A stretch of 32,000 nt of DNA from Rhodobacter capsulatus SB 1003 (GTDB lineage: Bacteria; Pseudomonadota; Alphaproteobacteria; Rhodobacterales; Rhodobacteraceae): assembly GCF_000021865.1 (NCBI RefSeq), contig NC_014034.1:3706959-3738958 (forward strand). Direction: 5' to 3'. Numbering within the stretch: position 1 is the stretch's first letter; every line of letters begins with the position of its first letter. Of this stretch, positions 1 to 8,333 are shown piece by piece. Position numbers and translations under genes: made by a program. The notes under the pieces are model-generated. The model saw nothing but the letters and a program-made list of their open reading frames with translations, searched no databases and was not told where the DNA came from.

Positions 1-465
1 GCCCAGATCGAGGCGGTCGCTCTGGCGAAAGCCCGCGGTGTCAAGGTCGCCTATTCCGCCGCGCCGTTCGAGGCGGAAGCGGTGCGCAAGGTGCTGGCCG
101 ATCTCGATCTTCTGCTTCTGAACGCGGTCGAGGCGGCGCAGCTGTGCGAGGCGCTCGGCACGACGCTCGAGGCCCTGCCGGTGCCAGCAGTCTGCGTGAC
201 CCATGGTGCCAAGGGGGCGGTCTGGCATGATCTGGCGGGGAAAACCGCGCAGGAACAACCGGCCTTCAAGGTCACGCCCGTCGACACCACCGCCGCGGGG
301 GATACGTTCGCGGGCTATCTGGTCGCCGGTCTGGCCGAGGGGATGACGCCGCCCGAAGCCTTGCGGCTGGCCGCCGGGGCCTCGGCGCTGAAAGTGACGC
401 GGGCCGGAACGGCCGCCGCCATCCCGACCCGCGCCGAGGTCGATGTCTTTCTGCAAGACCGCTGA
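1..465 (+). CDS. rbsK: Ribokinase (PfkB family), C-terminal part; the 5' end lies outside the window
   Basis: Frame 1 is open from base 1 to TGA 463-465. The translation contains the PfkB signature VDTTAAGDTFAGYL and a tail ...VTRAGTAAAIPTRAEVDVFL, closely resembling the C-terminus of E. coli RbsK. Confidence 0.8.
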   Translation, partial: AQIEAVALAKARGVKVAYSAAPFEAEAVRKVLADLDLLLLNAVEAAQLCEALGTTLEALPVPAVCVTHGAKGAVWHDLAGKTAQEQPAFKVTPVDTTAAGDTFAGYLVAGLAEGMTPPEALRLAAGASALKVTRAGTAAAIPTRAEVDVFLQDR

Positions 466-1158
466 TCAGCCCAGGCTGTAGCCGGTTCCGCGCACGGTGC
501 GCACGGGATCGGCGCCGCCATTCACCATCAGCGCCTTGCGCAGCCGCCCCACATGCACGTCGATGGTGCGGGTGTCGACATAGATGTCGCGCCCCCAGAC
601 CCGGTCGAGCAGCTGATCGCGCGTCCAGACCCGGCCCGGCTTTTCCATCAGCGTCGACAGAAGCCGGAACTCGGTCGGACCCAGTTTCAGCGGCTGACCG
701 TCGCGGAAAACCCGGTGCTCGGCGGCATCGAGAATGATGTCGTCGAAGACCAGCCGCTCGCCCATCGTGGCCGGGCGCGTCCGGCGCAGCTGCGTGCGCA
801 GCCGGGCCATCAGCTCGACCACCGAATAGGGCTTCACCACGTAATCATCGGCGCCGGTTTCCAGCCCCCGCACCCGGTCGCTTTCCTCGGACCGGGCCGA
901 AAGCATGATGATCGGGATCGAGCGGGTTTCCGGATTGGCCTTGACCCGGCGGCAGATCTCGATGCCCGAGACATTCGGCAACATCCAGTCGAGCACGACA
1001 AGATCGGGCTTTTCCTCGCGCAGGAACAACAGCGCCTCGTCGCCGTTCACTGCCATCACCACCCGGAAGCCCTCGGCCTCCAGGTTGTATTGCAGAACTT
1101 CGCGTTGCGCCGATTCGTCCTCGACCACCAGCACACAGGGCTGTTGCGCAGGACTCAT
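466..1158 (-). CDS. phoB: Phosphate regulon response regulator PhoB (OmpR family)
   Basis: 230-aa ORF. It has a receiver domain (VLVVEDE...DLVVLDWMLP...DDYVVKPYS) plus a winged-helix C-terminus (...RTIDVHVGRLRK...VRGTGY). It is the last gene of the pst-phoU cluster. Confidence 0.9.
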   Translation of the reverse strand: MSPAQQPCVLVVEDESAQREVLQYNLEAEGFRVVMAVNGDEALLFLREEKPDLVVLDWMLPNVSGIEICRRVKANPETRSIPIIMLSARSEESDRVRGLETGADDYVVKPYSVVELMARLRTQLRRTRPATMGERLVFDDIILDAAEHRVFRDGQPLKLGPTEFRLLSTLMEKPGRVWTRDQLLDRVWGRDIYVDTRTIDVHVGRLRKALMVNGGADPVRTVRGTGYSLG

Positions 1159-1161
1159 CGA

Positions 1162-1872
1162 TCAGCTCTCCAGCGGCTTGACGGCCACCACGCCATCGGA
1201 TTTCGGCCGCGGCTCCTCGGGCATCTGGCCGGTGACCAGATAGGTCACCTGTTCCGCGATCGAGGTGCACAGATCGCCCATCCGCTCGATGTTCTTGGCG
1301 ATGAAATGCAGATGCATGCAGGGGGTGATGTTGCGCGGATCTTCCATCATGTAGGTCAGGAATTCGCGAAACAGCGCATTGTACATCTGGTCGATCGCAA
1401 CATCGCGGGCGCGGACATCGGCGGCCAGTGTCGCATCGCGCTGGATGAAGCTGTCGATCGAATCCTTCAGCATGCCCTCGACCTCCGAGGCCATGCGCCG
1501 GATCGCCCCCGAAGAGCCGTTGATCGACGGCAGGTCGGCGATCACCTTGGACCGCTTGGCGATGTTCTTGGCATAATCGCCGACGCGCTCCAGATTGCCC
1601 GAGATCTTGATCACCGTCAGCGCGATGCGCAGATCGGTGGCATGCGGGGCGCGCAGCGCGATCAGCCGCGCGGCTTCGGTGTTGATCTGCTCTTCCAGCG
1701 CATCCACCTGCTTGTCGCGCAGGCGGACGGTTTCGGCCAGTTCCTCGTCGCGTTCTTCCAGCGCCTGGGCGGCATCGAGAACCTGGGTTTCGACAAGCCC
1801 CCCCATCTTGACGACCATCGCCTGAACCGACTCGAGATCCCGGTCGAAGGATGAAACGATATGCTGTGACAT
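1162..1872 (-). CDS. phoU: Phosphate signalling/transport accessory protein PhoU
   Basis: Internal ATG at 1872 (residue 101 of the 1162..2172 ORF) gives MSQHIVSSFDRDLES... with two PhoU repeats (ERVGDYAKNIA / ERMGDLCTSIA). The upstream extension of the ORF is Arg/Pro-rich junk that overlaps pstB. Confidence 0.9.
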   Translation of the reverse strand: MSQHIVSSFDRDLESVQAMVVKMGGLVETQVLDAAQALEERDEELAETVRLRDKQVDALEEQINTEAARLIALRAPHATDLRIALTVIKISGNLERVGDYAKNIAKRSKVIADLPSINGSSGAIRRMASEVEGMLKDSIDSFIQRDATLAADVRARDVAIDQMYNALFREFLTYMMEDPRNITPCMHLHFIAKNIERMGDLCTSIAEQVTYLVTGQMPEEPRPKSDGVVAVKPLES

Positions 1873-1883
1873 GGGATCTTTCC

Positions 1884-2681
1884 TCAACCGATACGGCCGG
1901 TGATGTAGCTTTCCGTGCGGGGATCGCGCGGATTGGTGAAGATCTGTCCGGTTTCGCCGAACTCGACCAGATTTCCAAGGTGGAAGAAGGCCGTGCGCTG
2001 GCTGACCCGGGCGGCCTGCTGCATCGAATGGGTGACGATGACGACCGAGAAGTTGCTGCGCAGCTCGTCGATCAGCTCTTCGACCTGGGCGGTGGCGATC
2101 GGGTCGAGCGCCGAACAGGGTTCGTCCATCAAAAGCACCTCGGGCGAGGTGGCGACGGCGCGGGCGATGCACAGGCGTTGCTGTTGCCCGCCCGAAAGCC
2201 CGGTGCCGGGGGCGGTCAGACGGTCCTTGACCTCGTTCCAGAGCGCGGCCTTGCGCAAAGCACTTTCGACGACCTCGTCCAGCTCGGCCTTGTTGCGGAC
2301 CAGACCGTGGATCTTCGGCCCATAGGCCACGTTGTCATAGATCGACTTCGGGAACGGGTTCGGCTTTTGGAACACCATCCCCACCCGGGCGCGCAGCTGC
2401 ACCGGATCGACCTTCTTGTCGTAGATATCCTCGCCATCCAGCTGGATCGCGCCCTCGACGCGGCAGATGTCGATCGTGTCGTTCATCCGGTTCAGACAGC
2501 GCAGGAAGGTCGATTTCCCGCAGCCCGAGGGGCCGATGAACGCCGTCACCGTCTTGTCGAGGATGTCGATGTCCACATCCTTGATCGCATGCGAGGCCCC
2601 ATAATAGACCTGCACCTTGCGGGCGGTGAATTTCGTCACGTCGGTGGTCACGGCTCTCTCCGTCAGTCGCATGTTGTTCAT
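1884..2681 (-). CDS. pstB: Phosphate ABC transporter ATP-binding protein PstB
   Basis: 265 aa with Walker [13 protein letters not shown] signature LSGGQQQRL and Walker B LLMDEP. Sits in the pstSCAB position. Confidence 0.95.
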   Translation of the reverse strand: MNNMRLTERAVTTDVTKFTARKVQVYYGASHAIKDVDIDILDKTVTAFIGPSGCGKSTFLRCLNRMNDTIDICRVEGAIQLDGEDIYDKKVDPVQLRARVGMVFQKPNPFPKSIYDNVAYGPKIHGLVRNKAELDEVVESALRKAALWNEVKDRLTAPGTGLSGGQQQRLCIARAVATSPEVLLMDEPCSALDPIATAQVEELIDELRSNFSVVIVTHSMQQAARVSQRTAFFHLGNLVEFGETGQIFTNPRDPRTESYITGRIG

Positions 2682-2684
2682 TTC

Positions 2685-4016
2685 TTACCACCGCCGTTCG
2701 AATTTGCGCCGCAAGATCACGGCAAGGGAGTTCATCATCAGAAGGAAGATCAGCAGCACGATGATCGCGCCCGAAGCCCGTTCGACAAAGGCCGGATCGG
2801 CGCGTTGCGTCCAGTTGTAGATCTGCACCGGGATCGCCGAGGCCGGATCGAGGATGCCCTCGGGCGGGGCGGCCGGGTAGTCTTTCACGAAGGCGACCAT
2901 GCCGATCAGCAGAAGCGGCGCGGTTTCGCCCAAAGCCTGCGCCAGACCGATGATCGCCCCGGTCAGGATGCCGGGCACAGCCAGCGGCAGGACGTGATGG
3001 AAGATCGTCTGCGTCTTCGAGGCGCCGACGCCCAGCGCGGCTTCGCGGATCGAGGGCGGCACGGCATTCAGTGCGGCCCGGGTGGGAATGATGATCCGCG
3101 GCAGCGTCATCAGCGTCAGCACCAGCGCGCCGACGAGCGGCGAGCTTTGCGGCATGCCGGCGAAGTTGATGAAGGCGGCAAGGCCGAGGATGCCGTAGAC
3201 GATCGAGGGCACGGCGGCCAGGTTCGCCACGTTCACCTCGATCAGGTCGGTGAAACGGTTCTTCGGCGCGAATTCTTCCAGATAGATCGAGGCGGCAACC
3301 CCGATCGGCAGCGCCAGACACAGCACCAGCACCATCATGTAGATCGAGCCGAGGATGGCGACGCCGAGGCCCGCGGATTCGGGCCGCAGTTCCGAGGCAT
3401 CCGGGTTGGTCAGGAAGCCGGTGTTGAAGGCCAGTTTCAACAGCCCCGCGTCGCGCAGCTTTTCGGCCAGTTGCAGCTGTTCGGGGGTGATGTTGCTGTC
3501 CAGCGCGGCGCTTTCCATCGTCACCCGGCCCTTGAAGAAGCCGTCGACCCGGCCCGAGGCCAGCACGTCATAGGTGATCGTGGTGCCGACCAGTTCGGGA
3601 TCGGCCAGAACCAGATCGCGCAGCCCGGCGGGCGCCTCCTTGGAGATCAGCTCGCCGATCGCCTTGGTCTTCATGCCCGGGGCCAGGTTCTTTTCGGTCA
3701 CCACCGCTTCCAGCGCCTTGGTGATCAGCTTGCCATAGGTGACGGTCGTCGCCTTGGCCATCTCGGCCGGGTCGCGGTTACCCTTGGGGTCAAGCGCCTT
3801 GGCATCCAGCGTGATCGGCAGGCTCAGCACGGTCTGCCGAAACGCGCCCAGACCCGAGCCAAGCACCGAGGACAGCAGCACCACCAGCGCCAGCAGGCCG
3901 ATGACGACGGCGGTGATGCCGTAGATGCGGAAGCGCTTTTCGGCGGCATTGCGGGCCTTGGTGCGGGCATCGGCGGTGTAAAGCGACCGCGGCGCGGAAG
4001 TCTCGACCATGGTCAT
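2685..4016 (-). CDS. pstA: Phosphate ABC transporter permease PstA (long alphaproteobacterial form)
   Basis: 443-aa polytopic membrane protein with an EAA-type permease loop (IREAALGVGASKTQTIFHHVLP). It overlaps the pstC stop by 4 nt. Confidence 0.9.
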   Translation of the reverse strand: MTMVETSAPRSLYTADARTKARNAAEKRFRIYGITAVVIGLLALVVLLSSVLGSGLGAFRQTVLSLPITLDAKALDPKGNRDPAEMAKATTVTYGKLITKALEAVVTEKNLAPGMKTKAIGELISKEAPAGLRDLVLADPELVGTTITYDVLASGRVDGFFKGRVTMESAALDSNITPEQLQLAEKLRDAGLLKLAFNTGFLTNPDASELRPESAGLGVAILGSIYMMVLVLCLALPIGVAASIYLEEFAPKNRFTDLIEVNVANLAAVPSIVYGILGLAAFINFAGMPQSSPLVGALVLTLMTLPRIIIPTRAALNAVPPSIREAALGVGASKTQTIFHHVLPLAVPGILTGAIIGLAQALGETAPLLLIGMVAFVKDYPAAPPEGILDPASAIPVQIYNWTQRADPAFVERASGAIIVLLIFLLMMNSLAVILRRKFERRW

Positions 4017-5473
4017 TCGTATTGCTCCCGGTATTTGCGCACGATCACCAGCGCAAGGACGTTCAGCACCAGCGTGAAGATGAACAGCGTCAGCCCCAGC
4101 GCGAAGGCGACAAGGGTTTCAGGCGAGGCGAATTCGGTGTCGCCGGTCAGCTGGCTGACGATCTTCACCGTGACGGTGGTCATCGCCTCGAACGGGTTCA
4201 TCGAGAGTTTGGCGGCCGCGCCCGCACCCAGAACGACGATCATCGTCTCGCCGATGGCGCGCGAGGCGGCCAGCAGGATGGCGCCGACGATGCCGGGCAG
4301 CGCCGCGGGCAGGATCACCTGTTTCACCGTCTCGGATTGCGTCGCGCCCATGGCGAAGGACCCGTCGCGCAAGGATTGCGGCACCGCGTTGATGATGTCA
4401 TCGGACAGCGAGGAGACGAAGGGAATGATCATCACCCCCATCACCAGACCGGCCGTCATCACCGAGGAGGAGGAAGAGCCAAGCCCCAGCGGCTGGGCGA
4501 CCCAGTCGCGCAGCAGCGGCCCGACGGTGATCAGCGCGAAAAGCCCGTAAACGATGGTCGGGATGCCCGCCAGCACCTCCAGAAGCGGCTTGGCGATGGA
4601 GCGCACCTGTTTCGAGGCATATTCGGCCAGATAGATCGCCGCGAAAAGCCCCACCGGCACCGCCACGGCCAGCGCGATGAAGGAGACGTAAAGCGTGCCC
4701 CAAACCAGCGGCCAGATCGACAGATCGGACCCGCCGCCGAATTTCGGGTTCCAGCTCAGCGAGAAGAAGAAGTCCCGGAACGGATAGAGCTGGAAGAAAT
4801 GCACGGTCTGGAAGACCAGCGACAGCACGATGCCGACCGTGGTGCCGATCGCCACCAGCGAGGCGGCGATGAGCAGCCAGCGCAGGAAGGTTTCAGAGAC
4901 GTTGCGGGCGCGGAACTCGGGATGGATGCGCAGGATCGCGAAGGCAAAGCCGCCGAGCGACGCGGCCAGCGTCAGCGCCGTCATCGCGAGACGCCCGAAA
5001 CCGGTCAGATGGCGCCAGTCCTTGGCGGCCTCGAAGATCGAGGGCTGCACATTCGCGCCCAGCGCGATGCCGACATCGGCCATGCGCGAGCGGATGTCGC
5101 TGAAATCGGCACGCATGTCATGCAGGTCGGCCTCGGTCAGGTGGCCGTCGGCCAGCATCAGGTCGATGCCCCCGGCGATGCGGCGCACATCCGCCATGAC
5201 AAGATCGCGGCTGGACCCCTGCGGCAGATCGGCGGCCGGGATCATCGCGGAAATCCGGCTGTCGATCACCACCGGCTGCGCCAAAAGCCAGGCCGCCATC
5301 AGCGCCAGGGCAGGCACGGAGGCGAAGAGCGCCACCGTCTGGCCATAATAACCGGGAAGGGAATGCAACAGGCGCAGATCCTTGCCGACCAGTTGCAGGG
5401 CCCGAAACCGGCCCAGAAAAAAGCCGCCGCAGGCAAGGGCGAGCACGATCAGCGCAAGAAGACCGGGGGTCAT
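4013..5473 (-). CDS. pstC: Phosphate ABC transporter permease PstC
   Basis: 486-aa polytopic membrane protein with permease loop LRDGSFAMGATQSETVKQVILP. Lies between pstS and pstA. Confidence 0.9.
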   Translation of the reverse strand: MTPGLLALIVLALACGGFFLGRFRALQLVGKDLRLLHSLPGYYGQTVALFASVPALALMAAWLLAQPVVIDSRISAMIPAADLPQGSSRDLVMADVRRIAGGIDLMLADGHLTEADLHDMRADFSDIRSRMADVGIALGANVQPSIFEAAKDWRHLTGFGRLAMTALTLAASLGGFAFAILRIHPEFRARNVSETFLRWLLIAASLVAIGTTVGIVLSLVFQTVHFFQLYPFRDFFFSLSWNPKFGGGSDLSIWPLVWGTLYVSFIALAVAVPVGLFAAIYLAEYASKQVRSIAKPLLEVLAGIPTIVYGLFALITVGPLLRDWVAQPLGLGSSSSSVMTAGLVMGVMIIPFVSSLSDDIINAVPQSLRDGSFAMGATQSETVKQVILPAALPGIVGAILLAASRAIGETMIVVLGAGAAAKLSMNPFEAMTTVTVKIVSQLTGDTEFASPETLVAFALGLTLFIFTLVLNVLALVIVRKYREQYE

Positions 5474-5495
5474 GTGTTCATCCGCAACAAGGGAA

Positions 5496-5519
5496 GGGAG
5501 GCGCCCGCAGGCGCCCCCC
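5496..5519 (-). terminator. Intra-operon stem-loop between pstS and pstC (attenuator / mRNA stabiliser)
   Basis: Minus strand reads GGGGGGCGCC-TGCG-GGCGCCTCCC, a 10-bp stem with one G.U pair, followed by TTCCCTTGTTGC. It sits in the 55-bp pstS-pstC gap. Such hairpins classically raise the PstS:permease ratio. Confidence 0.5.
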
Positions 5520-5528
5520 GAGGTTCGA

Positions 5529-6584
5529 TTATTTCAGCGGCCCCATCGGGGTTTCCGCCTCGACCATCGCCTGGGTCGCGGCCAGTTCCGGGTCCGAAAC
5601 CAGGCCGTAAGCGGCCAGCGGGCCTTCCGGGCCGGCCATCTCGTCGGAGACGAAGAAGGTGATGAATTCCTTCAGGCCCGGGATCACGCCCAGATGCGCC
5701 TTCTTGACGTAGAAGTAGAGCGGACGCGACACCGGATAGTCGCCCTTGGCGATCGTCTCGGTCGAGGGGACGATGCCATTGATGGTGGCGACGCGCAGCT
5801 TGTCGGTGTTGTTCTGATAGAACGACAGTCCGAAGACACCGATGGCGTTCTTGTTGGCGTCGATGCGCGACAGCGTCTCGGTGTAGTCGCCGTCGATGTC
5901 CACGGCCACGCCATCGGTGCGCAGCGCGCCGCATTTCTTCACGACGTCTTTTTTCTTCGCATCCTCGTCGGCGCCTTCGGCCGTCGCCATGTAAAGATCA
6001 TAGGCGCCGGTGGCCTTGCAGCCTTCTTCCAGCACTTCGATGTCGAAGACCTCGCGGGTGCCATGTTTGGTGCCCGGGATGAAGGTCAGGATGTCTTGCG
6101 CGGGCAGCTTGGCGTTCACCTCGGCCCAGGTCTTGGCGGTGTTGTCGACCAGCTTGCCGTCTTTCACCACCTTGGCCGAGATCGCGCCGAAGATGTCGGC
6201 GGGGGTGAAGGCGAAGTCCGGGCCCTTGATGTCGGAGGCGAAGACGATGCCGTCATAGCCGATGCGGACTTCCATGATCTCGTCGACGCCGTTCGCCTTG
6301 CAGGTGTCGATGTCCGATTGCTTGATGCGCGAGGAGGAGTTGGCGATGTCGATGGTGTTTTCGCCCACGCCTTCGCACAGCTTCTTGCGGCCCGCGCCCG
6401 AACCGCCGCCTTCGACGACCGGGGTCTTGAAATCGAAGTTTTCGCCGAAGGCTTCGGCAACGATGGTGGCATAGGGCAGAACGGTCGACGAACCGGCCGC
6501 CTGGATCTGGTCACGCGCGGCAGCGCCGGTGGCCGAGGCGGCAACGATGGCAAGCGCCGAGACGCCGAATTTCACGAAAGTCAT
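5529..6584 (-). CDS. pstS: Phosphate ABC transporter substrate-binding protein PstS
   Basis: 351 aa with an N-terminal signal peptide (MTFVKFGVSALAIVAASATGAAA) and a PBP-like phosphate-binding fold motif (AAGSSTVLPY...GGGSGAG). First gene downstream of the Pho box. Confidence 0.9.
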   Translation of the reverse strand: MTFVKFGVSALAIVAASATGAAARDQIQAAGSSTVLPYATIVAEAFGENFDFKTPVVEGGGSGAGRKKLCEGVGENTIDIANSSSRIKQSDIDTCKANGVDEIMEVRIGYDGIVFASDIKGPDFAFTPADIFGAISAKVVKDGKLVDNTAKTWAEVNAKLPAQDILTFIPGTKHGTREVFDIEVLEEGCKATGAYDLYMATAEGADEDAKKKDVVKKCGALRTDGVAVDIDGDYTETLSRIDANKNAIGVFGLSFYQNNTDKLRVATINGIVPSTETIAKGDYPVSRPLYFYVKKAHLGVIPGLKEFITFFVSDEMAGPEGPLAAYGLVSDPELAATQAMVEAETPMGPLK

Positions 6585-6646
6585 GGATCACTCCTGAAGA
6601 TCTGGAAGGGCCGTTAAGACCTTGGCAACCCCTCTAGGCTCCTGTC

Positions 6647-6686
6647 GTGACGCTTATGCAAAAGATATATGACAGCTGTGTGACAA
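6647..6686 (-). promoter_or_regulatory. Pho box (PhoB binding site) of the pstS promoter
   Basis: Minus strand reads TTGTCAC-acag-CTGTCAT-atat-CTTTTGC-ataa-GCGTCAC. These are four 7-bp direct repeats at an 11-bp period with AT-rich 4-bp spacers, matching the CTGTCAT-N4-CTGTCAT consensus. The site lies about 60 bp upstream of the pstS ATG. Confidence 0.8.
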
Positions 6687-6692
6687 ACACTT

Positions 6693-7361
6693 TCAGGCCC
6701 GGCGCAGCGCGGCGGCGATCAGATCGGCGACCTCGGGACGCTCGCCGATGGCGGGCAGCAGGCGGCCGCGAAACCCCGCCTCGGCAAGCGCTTCGGGAAT
6801 GTCCTGCGCGACATGACCGGCGCGCAGGGCGAAAAAGGGCAGACAGAGCGCCTCGGGATGCTGCGCCGCGATGTCGCGCAGATGCGGATCTTCCTCGAGG
6901 AAGGCCGTGGCGATGCGCCGACCGGGCAGATGGGCGCCGATTCGCTCGGCCATCGCCATCGTCGCCATCCGCGAGCTGCGCGCCACCTGCGAGCCATGCG
7001 CGCACAGGATCAGATCGCCCGGACCGGCCTCTGCGACCGTTTTCACCACCAGCGCGGGCAGGCCGGGATCGGCGCCGAAGGGCGAGAGGATCTCCGCCCG
7101 GCTGCCCAGATCGGCCAGTCGGCGCGGCAATTGCCGCGAGGTGAACCAGCCCTCGGCCATGAAGAACGGATAGATCCGCGCCCGGGGCAGGGTTTCCAGC
7201 ACGCGCGCCAGCGCCCCGGGCTTCGCCAGCGTCGCCGCCAGCACCCGGGTTCCGGGCAGGCGCGCGCCGACCTGTTGCGCCAGCGCAGTCAGCGCGGCCT
7301 CGGCCGGATCGGGGTTCGAGGGGAAACCATGGGCGACGAGGATGAAATCGGACATGGGCAA
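6693..7361 (-). CDS. CbiX-like sirohydrochlorin chelatase family protein (two CbiX modules)
   Basis: 222 aa with two internally similar halves, each carrying a chelatase-type His motif (ILVAHGF.. / ILCAHGSQ..) and FFxxxG segments. The start could instead be the second ATG (MSDF...). Confidence 0.6.
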   Translation of the reverse strand: MPMSDFILVAHGFPSNPDPAEAALTALAQQVGARLPGTRVLAATLAKPGALARVLETLPRARIYPFFMAEGWFTSRQLPRRLADLGSRAEILSPFGADPGLPALVVKTVAEAGPGDLILCAHGSQVARSSRMATMAMAERIGAHLPGRRIATAFLEEDPHLRDIAAQHPEALCLPFFALRAGHVAQDIPEALAEAGFRGRLLPAIGERPEVADLIAAALRRA

Positions 7362-7579
7362 GACTTAGCGCGAAAGCCCGGCCTGACAAGGACGCCGCCC
7401 CGCGCCGCCGCGGTGTGGTTAACCAACCCCTGCGATGAAGCGCTTGGGATTGCATCATATTGTTCGGACTGCGCGATTGCGGGGAATCACCCGTTCACGT
7501 AAAAAGGGTGCAACGGCCAGTATGGCCAGGACCCGTATAAAGTTTCACGTGTGGTGCGTAGGGGAGCACGTGGGGTGAA

Positions 7580-7618
7580 GGAGGGTCCTGGTAGGGGTGC
7601 CGGGGCCCTCCGGTTTTT
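7580..7618 (+). terminator. Orphan Rho-independent-terminator-like hairpin on the + strand
   Basis: GGAGGGTCC (7580-7588) pairs with GGGCCCTCC (7603-7611), giving 9 bp including one U.G pair that exists only on the + strand RNA. It is followed by GG-TTTTT (7612-7618). No + strand CDS lies upstream, which implies a small non-coding transcript. Confidence 0.45.
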
Positions 7619-7644
7619 CGTGTGGGCTGCAACGCTTTCGCGTG

Positions 7645-8064
7645 TCAGGGCGCAACACCGCCCAGCTCGCAGACGATCTTCCATTCCTCTTCCGTGACCG
7701 GCTGCACCGACAGCCGCATCGACGTGACCAGCGCCATCTGCGCCAGCCGCGGATCGGCCTTGACCGTGGCCAGCGTCACCGGCCGGGCGAGCGGCCGCAG
7801 CGCCCGGATATCGACGCAATCCCAGCGCGGATCCTCGGTGGTCGAATCGGGATGGCTCAGCGCGCAGACCTCGACGATGCCGACGACCTCCTTGCCGATG
7901 TTGGAATGGTAGAAGAACCCCTGATCGCCCAGCTGCATCGCCCGCATGTTGTTGCGCGCCAGATAGTTGCGCACCCCATGCCACTCTTCGCCCTCCGCGC
8001 CCTTGGCCACCTGCATGTCCCAGGACCAGACGTCGGGCTCGGATTTGAAGAGCCATTTCGCCAT
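7645..8064 (-). CDS. EVE domain (PUA-like, THYN1 family) protein
   Basis: ATG at 8064 (residue 114 of the 7645..8403 ORF) gives a 139-aa protein: MAKWLFKSEPDVWSWD...GVRNYLARNNMRAMQLGDQGFFYHSN..., the typical EVE signature. The start overlaps the yciI stop (ATGA). Confidence 0.85.
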   Translation of the reverse strand: MAKWLFKSEPDVWSWDMQVAKGAEGEEWHGVRNYLARNNMRAMQLGDQGFFYHSNIGKEVVGIVEVCALSHPDSTTEDPRWDCVDIRALRPLARPVTLATVKADPRLAQMALVTSMRLSVQPVTEEEWKIVCELGGVAP

Positions 8065-8333
8065 CAGCCGATCACCTTTTTCCATTCGGTGACGCTGACA
8101 GATTCGAAGAGCCCGGCTGCCGCATAGGGATCGCCCGCGGCCCAGGCCTGCGCGGCGTCCAGGCTCTCGCAGTCCAGAATCACCAGCGAGCCGCACATCT
8201 GCCCCGCCTCGAGAAACGGCCCGGCCATTTTCACGATGCCGGTCGTCTCGATATAGGCCAGATGCGCGGCGCGGGTGTCGAGCCGCGTTTGCAGCGCCCC
8301 GGGCTTGTCCTTGCAGATCACGGCGTAAAGCAT
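8064..8333 (-). CDS. YciI family protein
   Basis: 89 aa, MLYAVICKDKPGALQTRLDTRAAHLAY...GPF...DPY, the typical YciI-like fold signature. It directly abuts the gpsA stop. Confidence 0.8.
   Translation of the reverse strand: MLYAVICKDKPGALQTRLDTRAAHLAYIETTGIVKMAGPFLEAGQMCGSLVILDCESLDAAQAWAAGDPYAAAGLFESVSVTEWKKVIG

Noticed and set aside
553-5662. Long + strand ORFs (553..1854, 1851..4550 at 899 aa, 4022..5662 at 546 aa) opposite the pst-phoU-phoB operon
   Set aside because: Their translations are Arg/Gly/Asp/His/Gln-rich low-complexity strings with no recognisable domains. The opposite strand encodes unmistakable PhoB, PhoU and PstBACS. Long stop-free antisense frames are expected at this GC content.
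6634-7458. Alternative 274-aa minus-strand ORF overlapping the cbiX-like gene
   Set aside because: Its translation is Arg/Gly/Ala-rich with no domain-like features. The 6693..7361 frame gives a two-module CbiX-like protein.
7362-7500. Possible cobalamin riboswitch in the leader of the cbiX-like gene
   Set aside because: There is no B12-box-like element (GCCACTG core) and no conserved GGGAA / GGTG features on the minus strand. The leader appears too short and unstructured for that class.
7480-7644. The structured region downstream of the EVE gene as 6S RNA or SRP RNA (6S genes are linked to EVE genes in some proteobacteria)
   Set aside because: The ends do not pair into the long closing stem with a central bubble typical of 6S RNA. 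The SRP hallmark (GGUCCGGAAGGAAGCAGCC-like domain IV) is also absent. It is kept only as an unclassified candidate sRNA.
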